Shown here: positions 1-9,738 of the stretch, piece after piece
Layout: every line of letters begins with the position of its first letter
Position numbering within the stretch: the first letter of the stretch is position 1
Assembly (NCBI GenBank): GCA_051867655.1
Contig: JBJDYV010000102.1
Coordinates: 1-27,564, forward strand
DNA from: Oscillospiraceae bacterium
Lineage (GTDB): Bacteria; Bacillota; Clostridia; Oscillospirales; Oscillospiraceae
Length of the DNA: 27,564 nt
Reading direction: 5' to 3'
Program-made: the position numbers and the translations under genes
Notes under the pieces: generated by a model
Database searches by the model: none
Told to the model about the DNA's origin: nothing
Seen by the model: the letters and a program-made list of their open reading frames with translations, nothing else

Positions 1-3
1 AAG

Positions 4-40
4 TCAAAGAGGGCCGCTGTTCAGCGGCCCTCTTTGGGGT
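4..40. terminator. Intrinsic terminator-like hairpin (AAAGAGGGCCGCTG-TTCA-CAGCGGCCCTCTTT). It is followed by TTTGG and sits at the window edge downstream of an off-window gene.
   Basis: A perfect 14-bp inverted repeat with a 4-nt loop is seen directly in the sequence, with a short T-run after it. Confidence 0.6.
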
Positions 41-235
41 CAGCACATAGGTTTCAGCGCTTCTCATACTAACCTCTGATAAAAATACAACTTTTTATCA
101 GAGCGGCACCGCATAAATGCGTTGCCCTTTTGCAAGCATACATGCTTGCAAAAGCCGTCTCATAAATTTCATACGCGCTTTGCGCTATAAAAAGTATACA
201 TTTTTTAAATGTACACTTTTTAAATGAAATTAGTA

Positions 236-1462
236 TCAGTCGCCGTACGCGGCGTTCAGCCACTCAATACCGTCGATCTGCAGAGCGAAGTAGGGGGCGG
301 ACTGAGCCTCGGACTCGTGATACGCGCCGTCGTGCACGGCCTCCACGGAGTCGGGCACAAAGTCGCCGTCGGTGTCCAGAGCGAAGGAGGTGGTCACTTC
401 CTGGCCGCCCACGGTGAAGGTGGAGGTATCGAAGACCTGCAGCTCGCCGGACTTGATGGCCTCTTCCACCTCGGCCAGCTTCTCAGCGGTGCCCGCGGCG
501 GCGATCTTCTCGTTCAGGCCGGTCATCACAACGGCGCCCTCATTCATGCCGGCGCACCAGTCCTGCTCCAGCTCACCGCCGTTGGCGATGGTCTCGATGG
601 CATGGACAAAGTAAATTTCCCAGTCGATGCGGGTGCTGATCAGGGAAGCCTCGGGGGCGATGCTGCTCATATCGTTGTTATAGCCGGTGTGGAACACGCC
701 GGCGCTCTGGGCGGCGGTGGCGGGGGTGGAGTTGTCGGAGTGCTGGGAGATCATGACGCAGCCCAGATCGCACAGGGCGGAGGCGGCGTTGGCCTCCAGA
801 GTGGCGTCACCCCAAGAGCCCACGAACTGCACCTTCATGGTGGCGGAGGGGCAGACGGACCTGGCGCCCAGATAGTAGGAGGTAAAGCCGGAAATGACCT
901 CGGCGAAGGAGAAGGCACCCACATAGCCGATGACGGCCTCGTCAGCGGTGATCTCGCCGTTGTCGATCATCTCCTGCATCTTCATGCCGGCGACCACGCC
1001 CGCCAGATAGCGGCCCTCGTAGATGTCGGCGAAGGCGTTGTGGGTGTTGTCCAGGTCATCGGTCGCGGAAGCCTGGTTGGTGCAGGCGATGAAGGTGGTT
1101 TCGGGATAATCGGGAGCGACCTTCAGCATGAAGGGCTCAAAGCCGTAGGAGTTGTTGATGATAATGTCGCAGCCCTCTTCGGCCAGCTCGATGTTGGCGT
1201 CCTCGCAGGTGGAGTTCTCGCCAATGTTCCACTTCACGACCCATTCAACATCGATTCCCTTGGCCTTCAGGGTCTCGGTGGCGGCCTCCTTGCCGCGGAT
1301 GAAGTTGTAGGTATAGCCTTGGTCGTTCTCGTCGCCGATGCAGATCAGGCCGACCTTGATGGTCTTGCCGTCCCCGGCTTTGTTGTCACCGGAGCTGGAA
1401 CAGGCAGCCAGGCCGAGCATCATGACACCGGCCAGCAGCAGGGCTAACACGCGTTTTTTCAT
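236..1462 (-). CDS. BMP-family ABC transporter substrate-binding lipoprotein (basic membrane protein/PnrA-like nucleoside-binding protein).
   Basis: The ORF track protein has a signal peptide with a lipobox (LGLAAC) and the Bmp-family motifs GLICIGDENDQGY...NNSYGFEP. A GGGAGGA RBS lies 9 nt upstream of the ATG at 1462 (MKKRVLALL). The in-frame upstream extension to 1480 is probably not used. Confidence 0.85.
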   Translation of the reverse strand: MKKRVLALLLAGVMMLGLAACSSSGDNKAGDGKTIKVGLICIGDENDQGYTYNFIRGKEAATETLKAKGIDVEWVVKWNIGENSTCEDANIELAEEGCDIIINNSYGFEPFMLKVAPDYPETTFIACTNQASATDDLDNTHNAFADIYEGRYLAGVVAGMKMQEMIDNGEITADEAVIGYVGAFSFAEVISGFTSYYLGARSVCPSATMKVQFVGSWGDATLEANAASALCDLGCVMISQHSDNSTPATAAQSAGVFHTGYNNDMSSIAPEASLISTRIDWEIYFVHAIETIANGGELEQDWCAGMNEGAVVMTGLNEKIAAAGTAEKLAEVEEAIKSGELQVFDTSTFTVGGQEVTTSFALDTDGDFVPDSVEAVHDGAYHESEAQSAPYFALQIDGIEWLNAAYGD

Positions 1463-1548
1463 TTGTTTTGTTCCTCCCATTTCAATCCATACTTTTTGTA
1501 TTTTTACACGGCTTGATTGCCAAATGTAAATCAGAATACGGCCCGGGC

Positions 1549-1644
1549 GCTGTTCCGCTCACGCCTCGCCCACTCGCGACGGCTCAGACGCTGTTCCGCT
1601 CACGCCCCGCCTGCTCGCGACGGCTCAGACGCTGTTCAGCAGAA
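1549..1644. repeat. Tandem direct repeat of a 41-bp unit (GCTGTTCCGCTCACGCC[T/C]CGCC[CA/TG]CTCGCGACGGCTCAGAC). It has two full copies plus a partial third copy that runs into the xpt 3' end.
   Basis: Copies at 1549-1589 and 1590-1630 differ at 3 positions. A partial copy, GCTGTTCAGCAGAA, follows at 1631-1644. Confidence 0.8.
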
Positions 1645-2208
1645 CTCGACACCGTTCTCCTCGCTGAGGGACTTGATCCGGGCCAGGGATTCTACCCGCA
1701 CGCCCATGGAGCGGATCAGCTCGCCGCCGGGCTGGAAGGCCTTTTCGATGCAGATGCCGGCGCCCACCAGGGTGGCGCCCGCGTCGTTGACCAGCTTGAT
1801 CAGGCCCTGCAGGGCGCTGCCGTTGGCCAGGAAGTCATCGATGAGCAGCACCCGGTCTTCGGGATTCAGGAATTCCTTGGCCACAATGATGTCATAGACC
1901 TTGCCATGGGTGAAGGACTCCACTTTGGAGGTATACACATCCCCGGCAATGTTTTTGGTCTTATTCTTTTTGGCAAAAATAACAGGTACGCCGAAGGGTC
2001 GGGCAACGGCACAGGCGATCCCGATCCCGGACGCCTCGATGGTCAGGATCTTGGTCACATTGCAGTCTCCGAACAGGCGGTAAAACTCCTTGCCGATCTC
2101 GTCAAACAGGGCAACATCCATCTGATGATTCAGGAAGCTGTCCACCTTCAGCACGTCGGTGCCGCGGATCTTTCCGTCCTTACGGATGCGGTCTTCCAAA
2201 AGCTTCAT
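1636..2208 (-). CDS. xpt: Xanthine phosphoribosyltransferase.
   Basis: The 190-aa protein has a PRTase fold (VLLIDDFLANGSA PRPP-binding loop). Its N-terminus, MKLLEDRIRKDGKI...VLKVDSFLNHQMD, is typical of Xpt. Confidence 0.9.
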   Translation of the reverse strand: MKLLEDRIRKDGKIRGTDVLKVDSFLNHQMDVALFDEIGKEFYRLFGDCNVTKILTIEASGIGIACAVARPFGVPVIFAKKNKTKNIAGDVYTSKVESFTHGKVYDIIVAKEFLNPEDRVLLIDDFLANGSALQGLIKLVNDAGATLVGAGICIEKAFQPGGELIRSMGVRVESLARIKSLSEENGVEFC

Positions 2209-2451
2209 ATCCGGCCCTCCAAACGAAATATCCGCCCGGAAAAATCCCCGCGCGGACTTCTTTGTCGATTATGTGTGCTATTCTACAGGAAAACCGCGCC
2301 GTCTTCAAGTCCTAAAATACAAAAAAATACCCTAAAATTTTTACAAACGGCCCGTCGTTTTGGACGGTTGTTTTTTCTCCGGCTATCCGCTATAATCACA
2401 CCAGGAAGGGAAGGGCCGAGCCGGTCCCTCTGATCAAAACGCCGCAGGCGC

Positions 2452-3000
2452 ATGGAGGTTTCAAAATTGAGTAATATTTGGCATGATATTTCCCCCAAGC
2501 GGATTTCCCCCGAAGACTTTATCGCGGTCATTGAGATCCCGAAAGGCAGCAAGAAGAAATATGAGCTGGATAAGGAGACCGGCCTGATCATTCTGGACCG
2601 CGTCCTTTACACCTCCACCCACTATCCGGCCAACTACGGCTTCATTCCCCGCACCTACGGCGATGACAACGACCCCCTGGACGTGCTGGTGCTCTGCTCC
2701 GAGGCCCTGGACCCCCTGACCATGGTGCGCTGCTATCCCATCGGCTATATCTCCATGCTGGACGGCGGCAAGCACGACGAAAAGATCATCGCGATTCCCT
2801 TCTCCGACCCCACCTACAACGGGTATCAGGACCTGATGGACCTGCCGGCGCACATTTTTGACGAGATGGCCCACTTTTTCTCGGTCTACAAGGCCCTGGA
2901 GGGCAAGGACGCCGTGGCCGGCGATGTCAACGACCGCGCCGCCGCCGTCAAGGTCATCGAAGCGGCCATGGAGCACTATGTGGAGTGCTTCTGCAAGTAA
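2452..3000 (+). CDS. ppa: Family I inorganic pyrophosphatase.
   Basis: The protein contains YPANYGFIPRT...DGDPLDVLV, the signature of soluble family I PPase. An alternative TTG start at 2467 (LSNIWHDI) with a well-spaced GGAGG RBS is plausible. Confidence 0.9.
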   Translation: MEVSKLSNIWHDISPKRISPEDFIAVIEIPKGSKKKYELDKETGLIILDRVLYTSTHYPANYGFIPRTYGDDNDPLDVLVLCSEALDPLTMVRCYPIGYISMLDGGKHDEKIIAIPFSDPTYNGYQDLMDLPAHIFDEMAHFFSVYKALEGKDAVAGDVNDRAAAVKVIEAAMEHYVECFCK

Positions 3001-3107
3001 AACGCCTTCCGCGCAATTTTAAGAAAAAATTAATAGAATAGTCCTGTTTCCCCCCAAAAACCATGCTAAAATTTTCTTATCCTCAAAAATCAGAAAGGGC
3101 GTGAACC

Positions 3108-4322
3108 ATGCCTCAATTTGACTGTCTGGTTATCGGCGCGGGCTTTGCCGGCGCGGTGGCCGCCCGGGAGCTGGCCGAGCGCGGCGGCAGGCGGGTGCTT
3201 TTGTGTGAGCGGCGTGCTCACGTGGGCGGCAACGCCTATGACTGTCCGGACAGCGCAGGAGTGCTGATCCACCAATACGGCCCCCATATCTTCCACACCA
3301 ACAACCGCCGGGTGTTCGACTACCTGTCCCGGTTCACCGCCTGGCGGGACTATCAGCACCGGGTCATCGCCGACATCCCGGTGGAAAACGGTGCCCGGAT
3401 GACCTACCCCGTGCCCTTCAACCTGACCTCGCTGGAGACCGCGTTCGGCGCGGAAAAGGCCGCCGGGCTGGAACAAAAGCTGTTGGACGCCTACGGCGCC
3501 GAAAAGAAGGTCACCATCCTGGAGCTGCGCCGGAACCCGGACTCCGAGATCGCCGCTCTGGCCGACTATGTCTACGAACATGTCTTTGTCCACTATACCA
3601 TGAAGCAGTGGGGCCAGTCTCCCGAGGAGATCGACCCCAACACCACCGCCCGGGTGCCCGTGTTTCTCTCCCGGGACGACCGCTATTTCCAGGACGCCTG
3701 GCAGGGCCTGCCTCTGGAGGGCTATACGTCTCTCTTTAAAAAGCTGCTGGACCACCCCAATATCACCGTGCGTCTGAACACCGACGCGGCCCAGGTGCTG
3801 GAGCTGGGCGAGGACGGCGGCGTAAAGGTGAACGGAGAAGCCTTCGGCGGCCCCGTCATCTACACCGGAGCGGTGGATGAACTGTTTGGCTGCCGGTTCG
3901 GCCGACTTCCTTACCGCACTCTGGATTTCGTCTTTGAGACTTACCCCGTGGATCACTGGCAGACCCACGGCACGGTGAACTACACCGTGGACGAAGACTA
4001 TACCCGCATCACCGAGTTCAAGCACCTGACCGGCCAGGAGCTGCCCGGCGTGACCACCATCATGAAGGAGTACTCCAAGGCTTACACCGGCGCCGAGGGG
4101 GAAATCCCCTACTATGCCATCATCAATCCGGACAACAACGCGCTGTACGGGCAGTACAGGGCCCTGGCCCAGCGCTGCCCCAATCTGTACCTGCTGGGCC
4201 GCCTCGCAGAGTACCAGTATTACAACATGGACGCCATCGTCGCCCGGGCGCTGGAGCTGTGCGATGAACTGACGATGCGCTGCTTCTTCGATCAAAAACA
4301 TGTATTTTTGATCGAAGAATAG
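3108..4322 (+). CDS. glf: UDP-galactopyranose mutase.
   Basis: An N-terminal FAD-binding GxGxxG (CLVIGAGFAGAV) is followed by conserved Glf blocks (NAYD...HQYGPHIFHT, YTxKQWG). Confidence 0.9.
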   Translation: MPQFDCLVIGAGFAGAVAARELAERGGRRVLLCERRAHVGGNAYDCPDSAGVLIHQYGPHIFHTNNRRVFDYLSRFTAWRDYQHRVIADIPVENGARMTYPVPFNLTSLETAFGAEKAAGLEQKLLDAYGAEKKVTILELRRNPDSEIAALADYVYEHVFVHYTMKQWGQSPEEIDPNTTARVPVFLSRDDRYFQDAWQGLPLEGYTSLFKKLLDHPNITVRLNTDAAQVLELGEDGGVKVNGEAFGGPVIYTGAVDELFGCRFGRLPYRTLDFVFETYPVDHWQTHGTVNYTVDEDYTRITEFKHLTGQELPGVTTIMKEYSKAYTGAEGEIPYYAIINPDNNALYGQYRALAQRCPNLYLLGRLAEYQYYNMDAIVARALELCDELTMRCFFDQKHVFLIEE

Positions 4323-4331
4323 TGTGAAAGG

Positions 4332-5369
4332 ATGAAACCGTTGGATAAACTCATTACCTTTGCCGTTCCCTGCTATAACTCCGCCGCCTACATGGACCAC
4401 TGCGTGGAGACCCTCCTCCAGGGCGGTGACGACATCGAGATCATCCTGGTGGACGACGGCTCCACCAAGGACGACACCCCCGCTATCTGCGACCGCTACG
4501 CTGAGCAGTATCCCGACATCATTCGGGTCATCCACCAGGAAAACGGCGGCCATGGCGAGGGCGTCAATCAGGGCATCCGCAATGCCCGGGGTGTCTACTA
4601 CAAGGTGGTGGACTCGGACGACTGGGTGGACGTTCCCGCTCTCCACAAGGCCCTGGACCGGCTGCGCCAGTTCATCCGGGACAACAATCCGGTGGACCTG
4701 CTCATCTGCAACTATGTGTATGAGCACGCGGAGGACAACACGCAAAAGTCCATGGGCTACCGCAATGTATTCCCCGAGGGGACGGTATTCACCTGGGAGC
4801 AGATGGGCCGCTTCGGCCCCTCCCAGTACCTGCTGATGCACTCGGTCATCTACCGGACCGAGCTTCTGCGAGAGTGCGGCCTGGAGCTGCCCAAGCACAC
4901 CTTTTACGTGGACAACATCTTTGTCTACCAGCCCCTGCCCTTTGTAAAGACCATCTATTATCTGGACGTGGACCTGTACCGCTACTTCATCGGCCGCGCC
5001 GACCAGTCGGTCAACGAAAAGGTCATGGTGGGGCGGGTGGACCAGCAGGTGCGGGTGACCAAGCTGATGATCGACGCCCACGACCTGCGCAGGATCAAAG
5101 CCGAGCAGCCCAAGCTGGCCCGGTATATGACCAACTACCTGTCCATGATGCTGACCATCTCCTCGCTGTTCCTGTACATCGCGGACACGCCGGAGGCGCT
5201 GGGCGCGAAGACCGAACTGTGGGAATACTTGCGCACCGTGGACTCGGGCCTGTACCACAAGATGAAGTACCGCTCTCTGTCCGCCGTAGCCACCCTCCCC
5301 GGCTACCAGGGCCGCAAGCTGTCCGTCAAACTCTACCGGCTGGCCCGGCGGATCTACAAGTTTAACTAA
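4332..5369 (+). CDS. Family 2 glycosyltransferase, probably a galactofuranosyl or other glycan transferase acting with Glf.
   Basis: The N-terminus is GT-A type (FAVPCYNSAAYMDHCVETLL...IILVDDGSTKDD, VVDSDDW DxD motif). It sits 10 bp after glf. Confidence 0.8.
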   Translation: MKPLDKLITFAVPCYNSAAYMDHCVETLLQGGDDIEIILVDDGSTKDDTPAICDRYAEQYPDIIRVIHQENGGHGEGVNQGIRNARGVYYKVVDSDDWVDVPALHKALDRLRQFIRDNNPVDLLICNYVYEHAEDNTQKSMGYRNVFPEGTVFTWEQMGRFGPSQYLLMHSVIYRTELLRECGLELPKHTFYVDNIFVYQPLPFVKTIYYLDVDLYRYFIGRADQSVNEKVMVGRVDQQVRVTKLMIDAHDLRRIKAEQPKLARYMTNYLSMMLTISSLFLYIADTPEALGAKTELWEYLRTVDSGLYHKMKYRSLSAVATLPGYQGRKLSVKLYRLARRIYKFN

Positions 5370-5370
5370 G

Positions 5371-5414
5371 AAAAAACGCTGTTGACGCGTACATGCGCCA
5401 ACAGCGTTTTTTAT
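5371..5414. terminator. Bidirectional intrinsic terminator (AAAAAACGCTGTTG...CAACAGCGTTTTTT) between the convergent GT2 gene and the GHKL-like gene.
   Basis: The inverted repeat ACGCTGTTG/CAACAGCGT is flanked by an A-run and a T-run. Confidence 0.75.
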
Positions 5415-6451
5415 TCCTCAAACGCCTGCCAGGGCAGTGCGTCCGACAGGAGGGTCATCAGCGGAGGAAAATCCTCCTCCGGGCCGGAGCGGGGCGTATG
5501 CAGCATCCCCTTGCCCGGTTTTTTCAGGGGCAGCGAGGCCGTAACCAACAACCCCTGGCCCTCCCGGCTTTCCAGCAGGATGGCTCCGCCGTGGGCGGCG
5601 GCGGCGTAGCGGGCGATGGGCAGTCCCAGCCGCAGGCCGGTGCCCGGCTTGGGCAGGCTGTCCGGCGAGGAACCGTCCAGCATGGCCGTCAGGTCGGCCT
5701 GGCTCATACCCGGGCCATTGTCCCACACGGTGATCTGGGCCCGGCTTCCGTTGGTAGCCAGACGGATCCCGGCCTCGCCGCCCTTCCCGGCGGCCTTGAC
5801 CGCATTGGAGATCAGTTCCAGCAGCATGATCTCCAGCAGCTCCCGGTCCCCCACGCTGGGCATCAGGCCTCCGGGTACATCCTCCCGGAACGTGACGCCC
5901 GCCTGTTCCGCCAACCGGGCCGCACCGTAGGACACCTCCCGGCAGAGGTCCGCCAGGTCGATGGTCTGGGCCGCGACCGCCGAAAAGTCCTCCGTCCCGG
6001 CCCGCTCGGCCAGCTCCAAATGGCGGGCCAGCCGCAGCAGGCGGTAAAAGCTCTGGTTCAGCACCGCCAGATTGCGCCGCGCGCGCTCGTCTCCGCTCTC
6101 CTCCGCCAGCGGGGCGAGCAGCCGGGCGGCCGCCTGGATGTTGTTGATCAGCTCCCGCAGCTGGATGGGCAGCGCGGTGAGTACGGAAGCAGGGGGGATC
6201 CTGACCGGACGACGCAGCACCAGCAGCACGCCGTCCTCCGCGCGGGTGGCCGCCGCCTGGAATTCCTGGTTCCCCAGCACGCAGGAGAACACACCTTCCT
6301 CGTCCGGTTCCAGAGCCAGGGCGGCTGGAGCGGCGGTTCCTTTCTTCCATTCCGGCTCCAGAGTCAGGGCTGCCCCGTTGCTGTATTGAATCTGTCCCGC
6401 TTGTATATAAAAAACCGGCTCAGGGAAATGATCAAACAGAGACATTTCCAT
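5411..6451 (-). CDS. Cytoplasmic GHKL (HATPase_c) domain protein, a sensor histidine kinase-like protein with no obvious phospho-acceptor His.
   Basis: G1/G2 ATP-lid motifs are present (VWDNGPGM, KPGTGLRLGLPIARY), and a GGAAGGAGG RBS lies 8 nt upstream of the ATG. The DHp-like region (LRELINNIQAAARLL) has no His, and no TM segments are seen. Confidence 0.65.
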   Translation of the reverse strand: MEMSLFDHFPEPVFYIQAGQIQYSNGAALTLEPEWKKGTAAPAALALEPDEEGVFSCVLGNQEFQAAATRAEDGVLLVLRRPVRIPPASVLTALPIQLRELINNIQAAARLLAPLAEESGDERARRNLAVLNQSFYRLLRLARHLELAERAGTEDFSAVAAQTIDLADLCREVSYGAARLAEQAGVTFREDVPGGLMPSVGDRELLEIMLLELISNAVKAAGKGGEAGIRLATNGSRAQITVWDNGPGMSQADLTAMLDGSSPDSLPKPGTGLRLGLPIARYAAAAHGGAILLESREGQGLLVTASLPLKKPGKGMLHTPRSGPEEDFPPLMTLLSDALPWQAFEE

Positions 6452-6603
6452 CTCCCACGCCTCCTTCCCATGTTATAGGGTGCCATTTCGGGCCATAATC
6501 TTGCGCAAAGACAGTATACAAAATTTGGTGCCGTTCGGCAAGAAAAATGTCGAAACAAGTCGAAGCTGTTTTTGATTTCGCAAAATAAATGTGAAAAAAA
6601 CTC

Positions 6604-6632
6604 TTCCATATCGGCGGCTTTTCCGCTATAAT
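6604..6632 (+). promoter_or_regulatory. Putative sigma70-type promoter for gap (TTCCAT-17-TATAAT).
   Basis: -35 and -10 hexamers with 17-bp spacing lie about 45 bp upstream of the gap start. Confidence 0.4.
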
Positions 6633-6664
6633 TGGGGCGTATTCCTTCCAATATTAAAAAATAA

Positions 6665-7690
<1,026 letters not shown>

Positions 7691-7719
7691 TTTGTTCTCT
7701 TCCAACTGTTTTTAAAAGG

Positions 7720-7773
7720 AAGAAGGCCTCCCGCCCCGGCGATTGCCAGGGCGGGAGGCCTTCTCTACTTTTT
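7720..7773. terminator. Bidirectional intrinsic terminator (GGCCTCCCGCCC...GGGCGGGAGGCC) between gap and the SASP gene.
   Basis: A 12-bp GC-rich inverted repeat is flanked by an A-rich run on the left and CTTTTTCTT on the right. Confidence 0.8.
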
Positions 7774-7821
7774 CTTGCTATTCGGACTTGTCAGCAGTCT
7801 CCGCCCATCGGGGAGAAAGCT

Positions 7822-8025
7822 TTACTGCATGTTGTTCTCGTAGGCCTCGATCATTTTCTTGACCATCTGGCCGCCGACAGAGCCGGCCTCGCGGGAGGTC
7901 AGGTCGCCGTTGTAGCCCTGCTTCAGGTTGACGCCGACTTCCTGAGCGGCCTCCATCTTGAACTTATCCAGGGCCTCGCGGGCGCTGGGGACAACAGGCT
8001 GATTAGAGCTCTTGGAACTAGACAT
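7822..8025 (-). CDS. Alpha/beta-type small acid-soluble spore protein (SASP).
   Basis: The 67-aa protein carries the conserved SASP motifs EAL.KFK.E.A.E.GV and GDLTSREAG.VGG.MVKK. An AAGGAGA RBS is present. Confidence 0.9.
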   Translation of the reverse strand: MSSSKSSNQPVVPSAREALDKFKMEAAQEVGVNLKQGYNGDLTSREAGSVGGQMVKKMIEAYENNMQ

Positions 8026-8209
8026 ACTCGTATCTCCTTCACAAACTTGTTTTCAGGTCTTACTTGACCCGAGCATAGTTTGTTCCGGCGGCATTTTTCT
8101 ATGCCGCGATTTTGTTTCCTGATTTGCGCAATGTTTCCATTTTGAGCGCCGTTTTATCTATGGAACAAACGAAAGCCGGTCTCTTCCGCAGAGGGAGGGA
8201 CCGGCTTTA

Positions 8210-8803
8210 TTATTTGCACTTCAAAGGGATATTGGGGCCGCTCGCTTCGATCACGGCGTTAATATACCGCATCACCTCTTCCGAAAGGGCCTGCGGCGTA
8301 AAGCGGATGGGATGCAGCATCCAGCTTTTCACAACGGAAATGCAGCCAAAAATCGAGAAAAGGCACACATGCTCGTACTCCTCCGCCGAAACAGGCGGGT
8401 CCCTCTGCATCAGCCTGTGGTCGATATAGGGGAGCAAGATGATCTGCATGGTGCGCTTGGGGAGCATGTAGTCCTCCGATTCGCCCACAGAAAACGCCTG
8501 GAACGCCTGGATGTGGTCGAGAATGTATTGAAAGTGCTTCTCCAGAAGCTGTTTGGTGTGCGGTTCATCATGGCAGGTCTCTTTCGAGGCCAGTTCCTGT
8601 GTCTCCTCGATGATCTCCCGCTCGATTGCATTGAGCAATTCATACTGGCTTCCATAATAGGAGTAAAAGGTGGATCTGCTCACGTTCGCGCGCTCACATA
8701 TTTCCTTGATGCTGATCTGACGAATATTCTGATGCTCCAACAGCTCGATCAGGCTTTGCTTCAGCAAGGCCTGTGTCATTTTGACCCGGCGGGAACTTTT
8801 CAT
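8210..8803 (-). CDS. TetR/AcrR-family transcriptional repressor.
   Basis: An N-terminal TetR HTH (ISIKEICERANVSRSTFYSYYGSQYELL) is present, with an AAGGAGG RBS before MKSSRRV. GC content is visibly lower than in the flanks. It is divergent from the 9046 operon. Confidence 0.85.
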   Translation of the reverse strand: MKSSRRVKMTQALLKQSLIELLEHQNIRQISIKEICERANVSRSTFYSYYGSQYELLNAIEREIIEETQELASKETCHDEPHTKQLLEKHFQYILDHIQAFQAFSVGESEDYMLPKRTMQIILLPYIDHRLMQRDPPVSAEEYEHVCLFSIFGCISVVKSWMLHPIRFTPQALSEEVMRYINAVIEASGPNIPLKCK

Positions 8804-8898
8804 ACGGCCTCCTTGCTTTTTCTCCCTTTTGCACAAGCGTTTTTCTTACAAAAAAGCAAAAAATGTTCAAGTCAATGCAAAACAAGGTTTTCTGTTTG

Positions 8899-8927
8899 TT
8901 GTACAGGCGTATCCGCTCTATTATAAT
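8899..8927 (+). promoter_or_regulatory. Sigma70-like promoter (TTGTAC-17-TATAAT) for the TetR-controlled hydrolase/MFS operon.
   Basis: Near-consensus hexamers with 17-bp spacing lie about 120 bp upstream of the 9046 start. Confidence 0.6.
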
Positions 8928-8959
8928 GCCTACTGAACCAAGCGGAAGCATCGTTTTTA

Positions 8960-8993
8960 GTAACAATATTATAAGCGTAACAATATTATAAGC
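8960..8993. promoter_or_regulatory. Two exact tandem copies of the 17-bp GTAACAATATTATAAGC. They are candidate TetR operators between the promoter and the operon start, each with an AATATT palindromic core.
   Basis: An exact tandem duplication is seen at 8960-8976 and 8977-8993. It lies downstream of the promoter and upstream of the RBS, next to a divergent TetR gene. Confidence 0.55.
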
Positions 8994-9045
8994 ACCGTAC
9001 AAGAAAGAAGTCAATCCTTACACCAAAAATTCAGGAGGTACTCCC

Positions 9046-9720
9046 ATGAGAGAATGGAAAATGGAAGGAAAACCCGCGCTGGTCCTGCTGCACTATCAGG
9101 AGGGCATCATCGGCAAGGGAAGCTGGATCCAGGGCTGGTATGAGCCCGCCAAGCAGGCCTGCATCGCCTCGGGTATGTTTGAAAACACAAAGGCCCTGTT
9201 GGACGCCTTCCGGGAGAAGGGCCTGCCCGTCGTCTTCGTAAACGCCATCCCCAACCCCTTCGGCAAGCTTCCCAAATACGGCTACCTGATGGACAAGAAC
9301 CGCGAGCACTACAACCCCGAAGTCATGTTCGAGAACGAAGAGCTGGTCGAGGGTCTGAAGGTCATGCCCGAGATGGAGCGCCGCCCCGACGAGCCGGTTT
9401 TGTACAACTGGCTGCTGGCGGGCTTTACCAACTCCGGCCTGGACGCCGTTCTGCGCGCCCAGGGCGTGGAGACCATCGTGCTCTGTGGCTTCGCCCTGAA
9501 CTCCGTGGTCTACCACACCGCCGTCCAGGCGGGCGACCTGTGGTACAACTGCATCATCCCCAGTGACACCTCCGCCGTCTACATGCCCCGCAAGCCCGGC
9601 GAGAAGCCCGACATCGACGAGATCGTGACCAAAGTAGTTCTGGAGGAAATGGCCCCCTCGCTGTCCCTGGTGACCACCGCCGCAGATGTGATCGCCCACC
9701 TGCCCGACAACAGCAAGTAA
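9046..9720 (+). CDS. Isochorismatase-family cysteine hydrolase.
   Basis: An isochorismatase-like fold with the conserved VLCGFALNSVV (catalytic Cys) is present. An AGGAGG RBS is present. Confidence 0.75.
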   Translation: MREWKMEGKPALVLLHYQEGIIGKGSWIQGWYEPAKQACIASGMFENTKALLDAFREKGLPVVFVNAIPNPFGKLPKYGYLMDKNREHYNPEVMFENEELVEGLKVMPEMERRPDEPVLYNWLLAGFTNSGLDAVLRAQGVETIVLCGFALNSVVYHTAVQAGDLWYNCIIPSDTSAVYMPRKPGEKPDIDEIVTKVVLEEMAPSLSLVTTAADVIAHLPDNSK

Positions 9721-9738
9721 GAGAGGAGCGAGATCACC

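Noticed and set aside
69-263. 64-aa ORF (69..263, -) in the palindrome-rich spacer at the left edge.
   Set aside because: It overlaps the palindromes and the 3' end of the lipoprotein gene, has no RBS and an odd composition. The region is more likely structural or regulatory DNA than coding.
224-1447. Long antisense and alternative-frame ORFs opposite the called genes: 224..1447+, 1468..2433+, 3090..5258-, 5393..6478+, 6626..7705-, 9031..11700-, 11690..12757-, 13159..14358+, 21804..23213+, 24574..25854+, 25842..26717+ and other smaller ones.
   Set aside because: They are Gly/Ala/Arg/His-rich, low-complexity translations typical of the non-coding frames of a 60%-GC genome. Each lies opposite a gene with clear family signatures and a proper RBS.
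2209-2451. Expected purine (guanine) riboswitch upstream of xpt.
   Set aside because: I tried to thread the minus-strand leader onto the purine aptamer consensus (P1 / UAUAAUCGCG / P2-L2 GGAUAUGG / J2-3 / P3). Only a short AUAAUCG-like match is present. The leader between a TTGAAG-17-TAGAAT promoter and the start codon is about 70 nt, too short to hold an aptamer plus an expression platform, so there is no riboswitch here.
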